A DNA stretch of 63,850 nucleotides, the filler included, from Kipferlia bialata (lineage: Eukaryota): NCBI GenBank assembly GCA_003568945.1. It is 5 parts of 4 records of this genome, joined end to end, with 100 filler letters (N's around TTAATTAATTAA, not from the genome) between each part and the next. Parts side by side here need not be neighbours in the genome. Positions count along the whole stretch, not along the records: positions 22,957 to 45,812 come from BDIP01000277.1; 4 more parts are not named here. One strand, written 5' to 3'. Below the pieces are notes generated by a model. The model had not been told where the DNA came from, searched no databases, and saw only the letters and a list, made by a program, of their open reading frames with translations. The position numbers were made by a program, and so were the translations under genes. Positions 28,083 through 40,223 of this stretch are shown here, piece by piece; positions within the stretch are counted from its first letter, which is position 1; every line of letters begins with the position of its first letter.

Positions 28083-31000
28083 ATGCTGTCTCCCCTCGCC
28101 TCCCCTACTGAGTGGGTGTCTGCAACAGACCCCCTCACCGTGGCAGCTGTTGAGGTATCAGTATCAGTATCAATAACAGCATCAATATCAGGGTCTGGGC
28201 ACAGACCCCATAATGGCAGCGGTGCGTCTGTCTGACTCTGAGATGCTACTCATAAGGCCAGGGTACAGCCAACGGGTGACCTTTGTGAGAACCGACGATT
28301 CTGTGGAGGCATCATATACAGGACACATAACCAAGAGAGTATGGTGTCCAGTGACAGGTGGTAGGACTAGTGCTTCCCCTAGTGAGGACTACCACCATGT
28401 AGGAGAGATGTGGACACTGCCAACTGGGTTCCGCATAGGGGGTGGTGTATACATGATACCTCAACAGGTGTGTATATACATATTCAAGCACTCTCTTACG
28501 TATATCCTGTATGTCAGAATGGGAATTCGTACACCGTCCTGACTTAAGGTAAACTGATTCTTGGTATATCACATTATGCTGCAAAATGAATATGCATGAG
28601 ACTTCACAACCACTCTCAGAAGGCTACTGAATCAGTATCCCTCCACTCATCAGCAGTCAGGCACGCCTGACCCATATGGACTGAGCATTAGATTCCCCAA
28701 TGACACCCACCCCTCCTGTGCCGATCACATGCACTGGTATGGTAGACCAATATGAGTTGATACGCAAGTACTATCCCTGCAGACTTTGTTCTCTCATCAA
28801 GAATACAGAGACACGTGTATGTCAGTGTTTGATATAACCAGGTACGACCTATGCACTGACAGCTGGCACATTTGAGAGAGAGATAGTATAGTTGGTAGTA
28901 CACTGTGCAGTAAGTTGTGTTTGTATATGTATTTACTGCAGGTATGACCTTGCGTCTGACACTTGGCACATCAGAGAGATAATGTAGAATAGTTAGTAGG
29001 AGTACTATATATAATTTATACTTTATACTGTGCATTGGATAGTGACTGTACACTGTAACACTAGGTATGATCTTGCCTCAGATACCTGGCACACCAGAGA
29101 GAGAGAGTGGAGGGGGAGGTGTGGCCAGGTCTAGCCCAGGCAGAGAGGGAGGAGTGTCTTACGCTTAGGTCATGGGTAGCTAGCACGACGGAAGACCGTC
29201 TATGTGAGTACAGAGTACTATAGTATTCATAATATGAATTTCATATATTCATATTCATTCACATGTAATACTGTCAGGCGACTTTGACGCTGTCTCACTC
29301 TTGATACCAGTGATACTAGCTAGGGTATCCTGTCTTGTGGATAATGTGGACTACGACCCCAACGACGAAGTGAACGACGACGAGCCATATACTCTCATAT
29401 GTACTACCTTAGGGTGGGAGTATACCCCACAGACAGGCCGGTGGACAGCACTGGGTAGGGGGCCCACCCAAGCAATACAGTGCAACGGAAACAAACTCCC
29501 CGTGCTAGCCACATACTCGACCACCAGCCACCTCCATGTGTTCAACGACCACCCATCTACACGACATGCTTGCACGATAGCCATGCCGCAAGGTCATACA
29601 CCCCATACACATATCACACTGTCTCAGAAGAGTCAAAGCTCTCGAGGGGATGGACTACTCAGATGCCTCTCTCTGGGGAATGTGCTGCTGCAGTGGACAT
29701 GCCCTACCGACCCTTACTGGCATGTACGCTGGAACACGATGCTGTGTCTGAGACACTGTCTCCCCAGTGGGTTGAGGCTGGCGAGGTGACCCGTTTCGTC
29801 CCTTCTGAGATCACTGTGCAGCTAGTGCAGCTCAGCCCATCTCTCGTCTTCTGCTTCGACACATACGTTGCAACGGACGGGGAACGAGTGGATTCTCCAC
29901 GTTTCCTGTGTGTGTGCCCGGAGCTTCAGAGTCTAGGTGCCAGGCATCTAGTATGGGCGGCAGCAGAAGGGACAGCCATCTCTGCCATGCTATCCCTGAT
30001 AAGGCAGCCGCACTTGATGTACCTGCTGACAGCCGTAGCTGGGGGTGGGTATGTGTGTCCCGGAGAGCAGCTGGAGAAAGTACGAGAGAGGGTCTCTAGC
30101 ATGGGTCACTTGTGTAGTGATATTGCAGCCATACAGCCCTGCCTGAATGCAGCATGGGAAGCGGGAGTGGCACTGAGACAACTACACACGGCCAGCTCTC
30201 TTCCGTGGGCGTGGCAGAGCGTGATAGAGACAGCCTGTGCATACTCGCCCCCTCTCAGAGAGTCAGTGTCCCTTGTAGCATACCACTCACTCCGAGATCT
30301 TCTGCGTAGTGCACCTAGCTGCCCAGCAAGTTACTCTTCAGTGTATCAAGTGCTGGCAGCAGTCCAAGAGCTAATTCCCCTGCTAGGTGACAGTGCTGAC
30401 ATGGTCAACACTATGCAGTCAATAACCAACTGGCTGAGTGAATATGTCAGTCCTGAGTCACATTCCCCCACTGTAACACTTAATAGGTGCCATGAGCTGA
30501 GGATGGCAACAGACATAGCATCTTCACTGGTGCGAGGGGCAGTTGTCCAACCAGAATTGAGCTGTATCAGTGACACTATCACACTGGTGTCTGGTGCGCA
30601 TAATGCTGTTGCCCAGGCAGATGTCCTCTGGTACTACAGAGCAGCCATGAAGCATAGGTCAGAGAGAGAGAGACAGCCAGAGACTGAGAGAGTGTTGGCC
30701 ACACTATGTGACAAGCTTACCTCTATATGCACAGCGAGTTATGTCCTGCTGTCCAGTGACTACAGTCTAGGGGAGTGTGAGACACAGGTGGTCCCAGCAC
30801 TTTGCGATTGTGTATGTAGACACCCTGCCCTGCTCGACATGTGCGTCCACCTCATCCCAACAATCACATACTCAATCACCCTCTATTGTGTGGAAGTGCC
30901 AAGACTGAAGTACAGGCATATGCTCACCCTATTGCTTCGGGCACCCGTAAGAAACGGGGGTCTCAGCGTTACTGTTATACCACATGAGTCTGATGCAATG

Positions 31001-32502
31001 GGTGAGGCACTAGCAGCGGAGTGGAGTCACCACCTTTCTAAGGCACTCTGTGTCCGATCTCGTGAGGTCACAAGACTCGCTTCACACGCAGCTAGCGTCT
31101 TTGGAATACCAGTCAGCCGCAAGAAGTCTCGTAGAAGCAGCAGAACATGGGCTATTGAGAGTCCAAGGCACCCAGCAGACTACTTTGCACACAGGATGCT
31201 TCCTCTGTTTGGCTCCTTGAGGACTATGGAAGGCCGGCAACGCACTGGCTCTCATCATGGTCTGACTGCCAAGCCGTCAGTTAACTGTTCTAGGACTAGT
31301 AGGTGGTGTGGTGACAGGTATGATTGATATACACGTCTCACACTTTCACATACTAATCTGTGTAATCGGGGTAAACACATATGACTGTAGACTCTCACAC
31401 AATACTTATGCCGACACTGATGTCAGCGCCGTCACTCTTCGGATCGGTCACAACACGGCTCTGCTGCTGTGCCACACGGGTGGTGCAGTGGAGGAGGACG
31501 AGACCCTGATGTACGTGCTGGAGCTCTGTGCCAATAGCCTGACATGGAGACGCCTGCCGTGTCATCTGAGCCTAGGTGCCGACTCAGTATTCAATGCTAT
31601 AGTGTATGGAGGACAGGTGTTTGTAGTGTATGGGAAGCGGTCAAGAGAGAAAAGAGACAACATGGGTGTCATCTACAGCGCCAGCCTCAGAGTGTGGGAC
31701 ATTGCTACTGAGACATGGTCCACTGAGACGTCTAGGGTGGCAGTGGGGCTCACACTCCAACCCTCAGCTCTCATGCTCGATGAGGGGAGAGTGATGGCTG
31801 AGTGCTACATGACGCCAGAGGAAGACCATACGAATGTGTGGTGTTACAATCTCGATACAGGTATGATCTACACAGTGTGTAGACTACACACTAGAGAACT
31901 GGCGATTACTCAATAATTGACCCGTGTATTCCCACGTCCTATACCCTTGTTTCTCTATCGAGTTCATTGATGTCATCAATTTGAAGACGAAATACTCAAA
32001 CTGGCAACTGATAACAGGAATCGAGACCATATTGCCCAGTATCTATCAGTCAAGGGGACATGTGTTTCTAGACAACCATCCAAAGGACAGTGTGCATGCA
32101 GGGTGTCTCCACCAGATGATGTCGGCCCTAAGGGCCACTGGAGGGCACGAGGACACCTACATAACGTACCTCCCTGCCCTTGGGTCCATACTGACCTGGC
32201 AGGAGCAAGGCATACACGACGACACCGGGGGCTGTAGAAACATTGTCAACTGCGACATCGTCCAACAATGGGACCCAGTGACTGAGGAGCTCAGGTTGCT
32301 GGTGAGGAGTCGCTTTGCCTACCTTAGGCATGTGACGTTTGGCATATGGAGCCCCAGACTGCGGTCAGCTGTGGTGCTGTCCTATGCTGAGGAGCCGAGG
32401 ACATCTGTACCTAGGCTTGTGCTTCTGATATGGGAGAGACACTACCCACGTGTGGTCACTGTGTACCCGGGAGGGACTCTACTGTATGGAGCAGGACTTT
32501 GA
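28083..32502 (+). CDS. Hypothetical protein with Kelch/beta-propeller-like segments flanking a long helical region; 5' exon structure uncertain
   Basis: ORFs 29301-29789 and 29480-31327 join via a 34-nt intron (~29593-29626); further introns at ~31318-31426 and ~31861-32017. Kelch-like motifs YDLASDTWH, WEYTPQTGRWT, VWDIATETWS, WCYNLDTG. The frame at 28190-28550 is unresolved. Confidence 0.55.
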
Positions 32503-32959
32503 TTGCTTAAAGGGTTCAAGTTTGAATCCAGATCAACTAAACACCCGGTCCCGTATATGAATGGCACATCCCATTTCTACCCTTTACATGACTATATGTA
32601 ACATAGAGTAACATGCCACCACAATGATTTTACAATCTGATTGTAGTACAATCTAATCAATAGATTCTATTGAGAACGACCCTTATCTTGCTGGAGATAT
32701 AGAGAATCTCTATCAGATAGAGCTCTCTATTAGAGATTTCCTCTGTTATGTGCGGAACACTCACCTGGTCTTCTATGAATCACAGTCTGTGATCACGAAC
32801 ACATCGGTCCGATTATCCATTCACATACTAGTAGTCAGTGCTAGCGTTGAATCACGCTGAGAGACCCACACCCACCGATTGGGACGTCTTCTTCTACTCA
32901 TCTATCTCGTTGATTCTTTCAATTTATCCTCTATCCTCTATCCTACTCTTATGTATGCT

Positions 32960-35900
32960 TCATGCTGCGGAGAGTCCCACGTCCACCTTTGTCTGTCCAC
33001 ACTCACTGATGGCGATGTCTAGGGAGAGTGGCTGGTAGGGAAGGGGCGGAGTGAAGTGCACTATTGCGTCATCCGGGTTGGGGTTGTCAATGAAATAGTC
33101 CCCGTTCTGGGATTAGACCTAATCAATGCAAAGGTAGCGTTCTACATGATCGAGACCTACCTCCTCTGTCACTGTCGTGTCCCCACCCTCTAGTTCCACC
33201 ACTACACCCTCAATACCGACTAGGGTTTCCTCATCAAAGACCACGCCGAGTAGAGTTCTAGGCTCACACAGCTCCTCTAGGCCCACATCGAGTAGGAACG
33301 GGCCGCATGTTGGGATGGTGATACCCAGTGTCTGTGGCCCGTATGGTAGAGGGGGGGTGAATGTCACGAGGTTGAACCCGGCCCAGAGGAAGGGGACAGA
33401 GTATAGACCAGACTGGGATTAGACATAAATACATATACACATATATAATATATGTAATGTATATTTCTGTATCTCTGCTAAGCCTTGATAAGCCTTATCA
33501 AGTTGATAAGGTGGTGTCTTTAACACACTATCTTCAAGATAGCATCTTGTGGAGGTGGACTTACCGCGTCAGTTTGCGTGTTGTCCTGTGTGGGCTCGAC
33601 CAACACATCCACCCCTCCTACCCCCACACCAGTCTGTGCGTCAGACACCATTCCCAGCAGCACACGCTCACACTGGTCATCACTGCTGAGGGGTATATCC
33701 TGTACTGTCACACCACACTCGTTGATGATGGCATTGTAGCCGATGGGGTTGTAGGGGGCAGGTGGCGCCAGTTCAATAGTGACAAGACCCGGGTTGGGAC
33801 TTGGAATAGTGTACTGTCCATCCTAAAGTGAGAGGTTGATAAGGATACAATTACTACACTGTGCATCAAGTGGTGAAACATCGACAGTACAATACCTCGT
33901 CTGTAACGGTGTTCCCAACACCGGATACCCCGATGAAGACCCCCTCGATACCGATGTCGGTGTCATCATCTACCACTCTCCCAGTCAGAACACGATCATC
34001 ACAACCTGGCTCAAGAAAGGCATCCACTATCGTCTCCCCACACTCGTTGATGTCGACCGGTAACTCAAGAGGGAGGTAGGGCGCAGGGGGGAAGAACTGC
34101 AGGAGGGATGGGCCTGGGAGAGGGTCAAAGAACTGGTAAAAACCCTCCTGGTGTTAGAAGACACTGAGTAACACTGAGGTATACAGAGGAACCCAGAATC
34201 ACTGCAAGATTCGCATGAACCGTGGACGTGAGTGAGCGCTAACAACTTCAGTAGCCAATCACATAAACCGTACCGGATCAGTGCTTGTCACGTCCCCCTC
34301 TAGCTCCACCTGCACCTCATGGATGCCCTCCCCAGTCTCTGCATCGCGTACAATACCTGAAAGCACGCGGTCTCCACAGCTACACGATAGGTTAACCTGG
34401 ATGGACTGGTAGGCGTTGATGTCATCACCTGGTAATGAGAGGTGTTAACTCACATTGCTGTACATGGACACAGATCATTACAAGTACTAACCTCGATTCA
34501 CCATCACGATGATGTCTTGTAGAGAGAATGCCGAGAATGACACTGTCTGCACTTGAGGATCCTCCGGCATCTGGGTGAAGTCCTCGACACACCCCTCTGG
34601 CTCTGGGTTCAGTCTAAAGCCCTCCTGGAACTGGGTCCTGTCAATGGCTATTAGATACTCAGAGTCAGGGTTGGTGCCATCAATGGGGTTGCAGTCAGTG
34701 CACAGGGGGTCGGTGGGTGTAAAGAGGACAGGGTCCACAGATACAATGGTCAGGTGGGACAAAATGCACTCAGGGGGAGTAAACTCTGACAGCAGCTCCA
34801 TCTCCACCTCGTACTCACCCCCATCTACTGCACTCACGCATATCGAGGCAAAGTAGACACAAGGGGCGGTGCCGTGCCTCTCGTCAACAAACGCCACCTG
34901 TTGGTATGTGCATATGCACTCACTGGCTCCACCCTGGAGAGCGATGTCTAGGAAGGTTTCTCCACACTCCTCGATGAACACTTCGACCTCCTCGGGGGTG
35001 TAGGGCTCAGGTGGTACAACATGAACAATGCCCTGACCGGGGTTTGGGTCAGGCAGCTGGTAGAAGCCTTCCTGGGAATGAGTACAAATACAAATTGGCA
35101 CTTGTAAGTGAGTACATGTATACACTCTGTACTAACCTCGTCGGAAACAGTGAGGTTGCCGTCTAGTTCCACCGCTACTCCTGGGATACCATCACCAGTA
35201 GTCGCATCAAAGACACGTCCAGTCAGCACTCTGTCATCACAGCCCGTGCATCCAAAGGCTGCAAAGGCAGTGAGTTCATACGAGTCTAGGGTTAGATACA
35301 CATAGTGTGCGTACTCTGAACGAGAGACGCGTAGTGTGTGTTACCTGTTGCCACGAGTATGAGCACAGTCTCCAAGGAGGTAGTAGTGAATGATATTGTC
35401 TGGCTCTCAGGTATTACCAGGAAGTCTGATATGCAAGCAGGGTCAGTCTCTAGAAGAGACTGCAGACTGAACCCAAACTGGAACTGGGACAGACCGATAG
35501 ACTCTAGGTATAGAGAGTCTGGGTTAGACCCGTCGATGGGGTTGGTGTCCGTACACGCTGGGTCTGTTGAAGTTATCTCCATAACATCTAACTCTGTCAG
35601 TACAGTAAGGTGCTGCAACCCACAGCTCTCAGGCCCAACAACGTCACGACTAATCACTAACTGGACCTGGTACCGGCCCTCAGTGTCAGGCCCTGATACA
35701 CACACTATCTGGGCCTGGTACTCACAGACAACCTCACCAGTCTCATCTGTCAGTAACAGTACATCAGAGGTACACAGACACTCCACAGGTCTACAGTCCA
35801 AGGCCACAAGCTCTAAATCGAGCTGTGTCGTGTCACAGCTGGTGAGGTCTACCACTCTACTCTCTGCCCGGTAGGGCGTGGGTGCACTGTACAGCACATC

Positions 35901-37930
35901 ATACACCTCAGGTGGGATGTGTCCAATCTCGTAGTAGCCATCGGCATCTGAGACAGTTAGGGCTAGGGTAGGATCTCCCACAGAGACAACGACGTTACTC
36001 ACTGGGCCCTGGGTGCTCTGATCGATAGTGAATCCTGCCAAGACACTGACACATCCAATGTCGAGACATATCTGGTTCTCACCACATCTCAGGAAGAGCT
36101 CCTCCTCGAACTCCTCTCCATCGAGAGTGAATCTAGCTGTGACTGTGGTTACTGGCTCTATAGACAGACACTCAGCAGGGAGGGACGGCACCGTCTCAGT
36201 GCTGCCTAGGAACTGACCCTCCTCACTGTAGTACTCAACGAGTACACCCCCTATGTAGGTGGGGTTACTAGATGTGCAGTCGGGGCTGAGGGAGACACAC
36301 ACCTCCTGCCTGCCGCAGGGTAGCTCGACCTGTAGTGGCACCTGCCCGCAGCACGGGAATGTGAAGGGACCCAGCTCTGCGCCAACACCAGGTGCGGATA
36401 TAATCACCACATAGTCCTCATACCCAACTGCGCCTAGACTGTCGAACAAGACCTGTCCAGTCTCGTCTGTCACTAGGGTCTGACCAGTGCCAGGGTCAGC
36501 TAGCAGTTGCCACCGTACGTCTGCACCCTCTACAGGGCCTGGGAAGGGGTCACTGTAGGTCACAGAGACCAGTAGGCTGAGGGTGTCCGTACACTCTACA
36601 GTGATGGGGACAGGTGTGTTAGTGACCTCCCAGATCAGACACTCCTCCCCAGCGGCGTATCCATTGGACTCATCCCAGGAGAGCATGACCTCATCACCTG
36701 GAGTGTTAGTGAGGGATGTCTTATCTAGAGAATACAGTGTGGATGTAGCGAGTGATGCTGTATTGTACCTTCTGCAAGACACCCAAAGCATGCGACACCC
36801 GTAGAGTTTGTGGGTCTGTGCACACTGAACCGCATATCAAAGGCATCCAGTACCAGACCACACATGTCAGACACGACAGTACACATAGAAGGACAGTCGT
36901 CACAACCCCCTCCACCCCCACCACAGCACATCTCAACATCTACAGTTATAGGGTCACAGTCAGGCACTACTAGCTCTACAGTGGTAGGCTGACATGTAGT
37001 GTTGGGACCAGGAAAGAGAGAGAGGATGTGGGGGCCTGGGGGTACACCAGATAGGGTGTAGTGACCGTTACTATCGGTGACAGCAATTGGTACAATGGCA
37101 GTGATCTCCACAATGACACCCTCTAGTGGGGTGCCAAGTGTATCTGTCACGGTACCCTCCACCTCTGCAGTGCAAGGGACGCAGAACAGTTCAACATCTA
37201 CAGTGTACGTCTCACACTCTGGCACATGTACCTCTCTCGTAGTGCTCTGGCAGGTAGAGCCAGGTGGAGGGGTATAGGTAAGGGTGTGAGTGCCGAGGGG
37301 GATGTCTGAGAAGGAGTACTGTCCCTGACTATCTGTCTCTGTAGAGGGTACTCCAGGTGCGTCAATGTCAACAGTCACTCCCTCTAGTGGGTTGCCGAGG
37401 GTGTCTGTGACTGTACCCTCCACCTCTGCCGTGCATGTGCCACCACATAGCTCCTCTAGACCCTCAAACTGAAAGGACTCAGTGCCCCAACTGGGTGTGA
37501 GGAGGCGATATCGATGTGCAAACACACTGAGTTATAGTATATATACCAGCATTACCCAACGCACTAACCCTGTCTTGACCATGACTATGGCATCAACAAT
37601 GTACTAATACACACATATACACGAATACGTGCATCAGCGTGAATCGATCGGTACATACTCTATACATATATATACACATATGAGTATACACACTCACCCT
37701 GTCTTGACCATGACTATCACATCATCGAGGGATGTCAGGGTGAAGTCGATGAACACAGTCTCAAACCCGGTCTGGGATCAGCTTGTGTAGGGAGGCTAGT
37801 GCAGTGCACTACAGACTAGTGCTACACGTGTGGGTATAGAGAGCGACTTGCACTGTACCGACCTCAAAGTCTAATATGCACAGTCTCAACATATATATCA
37901 AACATATACACGCTCCGAAATGCATCTGTG

Positions 37931-37971
<41 letters not shown>

Positions 37972-39118
37972 CTATGTACCCACCTCAAAGTCCGATATGC
38001 AGCCTGGTATGTCAGACTCCAGCTTGAACCCTTCGTCAAAGGCCTCCCTGTCAATGTCACGAAGGTACCGCCTTGGTTAAGAGAGACATACTCAAATACA
38101 TATTATTCTATATATGTAGTCTGTCATTGTACGTGATATATTCATCAATGTCAGGCCTGCCTGTCAATGTCACGCAGATAGCGCCTGATGTTAGACACAC
38201 ACATACATATACACGACATATACTAGAAGTGCTGAACTACTCACACTGAGTATCTCACCTATCTGAGCTGTTGCCCCTGATAGGGTTGTTGTCTGCACAT
38301 GCATACCCATTCCCAATGATGGGGTCTACAGTGACAAGGGTCAGGTGAGACAGACCACACCGGTTTTCCTTCTTACCCAGGGAGAGCTCCATCTCAACTG
38401 TGTACACACCCTGGGAGTGAGGTTGTTGATATGTCACACACTAAATGACAATATGTCATACTATACAATATATTACATATACTATATAAAGAGTGCACAT
38501 ACCTCATTATCGGGTCCATTGATGCACAGAGCAGCGTTGTAGTTACACGATGACCCAGTGATGCCATCTACCAGTGTCTCAAAGGGGGTGAGGCACATGC
38601 ACACTCCTGTTTGGAAGGGGGTAGGGATGTTAGTAGTGTCTGTGTCCCATATGGATGCCTCATAGTACTGGAAGCCTATAGGAGTAAGACATCGTACTGT
38701 GGTTTAGGGGAACGTATATAATACCGTTCAACAGAGAACACTGAAATGAGACGTCAACTGTAGTGGAAGGGTGAAAGGGAGCGTTTGACACTCCCACTCT
38801 ACAGGACGCTTAGCAACTGTAAAGAGGTCTATGTTCAGTATGATATGGGTCACTCAGAATGGGTGAGAGGTTTATCATCTCAATCTCTATAGTGCTATAG
38901 TGAGAAGCAACATACTCAATGCACGGATAGCAATGGTGAGTGTATATTTCGGCATGGAGTATATATAGATCAAGAGGGTAAAGACATCAGACATGAACAC
39001 AGCATGCTCCAGGCCTGACCTACCCCCCACCTTCACCAGTTGTCCTGACAGTGTCTGTGGGTATGCCACGACTGGCTGCTATCAAAGCCAAGAGCAGCAG
39101 AAGTAGTAGACTCTGCAT
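32960..39118 (-). CDS. Secreted protein with about 10 carboxypeptidase-regulatory-like (transthyretin/Cna-B fold) repeats and 3 copies of an unrecognised Cys-rich domain
   Basis: ATG 39118 gives signal peptide MQSLLLLLLLALIAASRG. Repeats resemble VEGTVTDTLGNPLEGVTV...TDSQGQYSF. ORFs 36725-37525 and 35292-36791 join via intron 36725-36768. The last exon ends VDVGLSAA* (stop 32960-32962). Confidence 0.75.
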
Positions 39119-39466
39119 CTCGAGAGAGAAGAGGCAGATGTTGTCCGTTGGTTGGTACAGAGACCCGTCAACAGCAGCATCTCTATACAGCTGCTGCATT
39201 CAACAGTATTATTCATCAGTAAGATACCCGCAAATCCACAGAGACAATCCCTTCCGCAGGGTAGTAGAGGTCACGCCTTCGTGGCTAGTACGGAGACTGC
39301 CAAAATCACATATACACGTCGTTGCTATAATGAGGTACAAAACTCAAGAAGTACTGACTCCAAGCTATCGTCAAAACAATAGAAAAAGGGTCCAGGCATG
39401 AAGCAACAAATCAAATTGAATCAGCAACCACACTGATTCAAGAATCGTCCTCTCCAGACCACTAGG

Positions 39467-40149
39467 ATGCACCCCCTGCATATCCTATGTGGGTGTGTGG
39501 TGCTGTGCTGTGTCGGGGTGGTGTTAGGTCTTGGGTGTCCACAGGGAGGTATGGATGGGGTATATATAAAGTACATGGAACCCACTATATACTATATGTA
39601 GCGGTAACTGGTTCTGCAAGACTTGCACATATACAATAGGTATCTTCTCCCCTGTTGCATATACCTGTGCAAGAGTTGGTAATTCTTCCAGTCTCCCCTG
39701 TCTCTCTCTCTCTCTCTCCCCTCACATTGTAGTATTATACACCTCTCTTCACACCTGACATTCACTCTCTCTCTATATATATGCGCGTCTTCTCATTTTA
39801 CTACTTCCTTGTTTTTCTACCCCCGAGCTGAGCCAGACCCCTGTGACACTGGGTACTCTCTCTCTCTCTTAAATAGTAAATATTATAGACCTTTACATTT
39901 ATTGTCTTGTGTGTTACTGTACCTACCCTCCAGGTGAACCCGACCCCTCTGACATTGGGGCTGTCATGATCATGTCCACTAAGGTATCAACCCTCTCTCT
40001 CTCTGTTTCTGTTGTATACGAGAAGTTACTATATATATATGGATATGCCGTCTCTTATTACTTATTGCCAGGGCTTCAATAAGGCCATGGATGGAGAGAT
40101 ACCCAACCTGGAGGAACAGGCCACGTACCTGGTGCTCGAGTACGCATGT

Positions 40150-40223
<74 letters not shown>

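Noticed and set aside
28518..28548. Possible in-frame TAA suggesting a pseudogene or stop recoding
   Set aside because: The exon phase upstream is ambiguous and another frame is open; the other reconstructed genes show no need for recoding.
29480..29789. Apparent frameshift or overlapping ORFs (also 36725-36791)
   Set aside because: Resolved by short GT-AG introns (~29593-29626; 36725-36768 on the minus strand).
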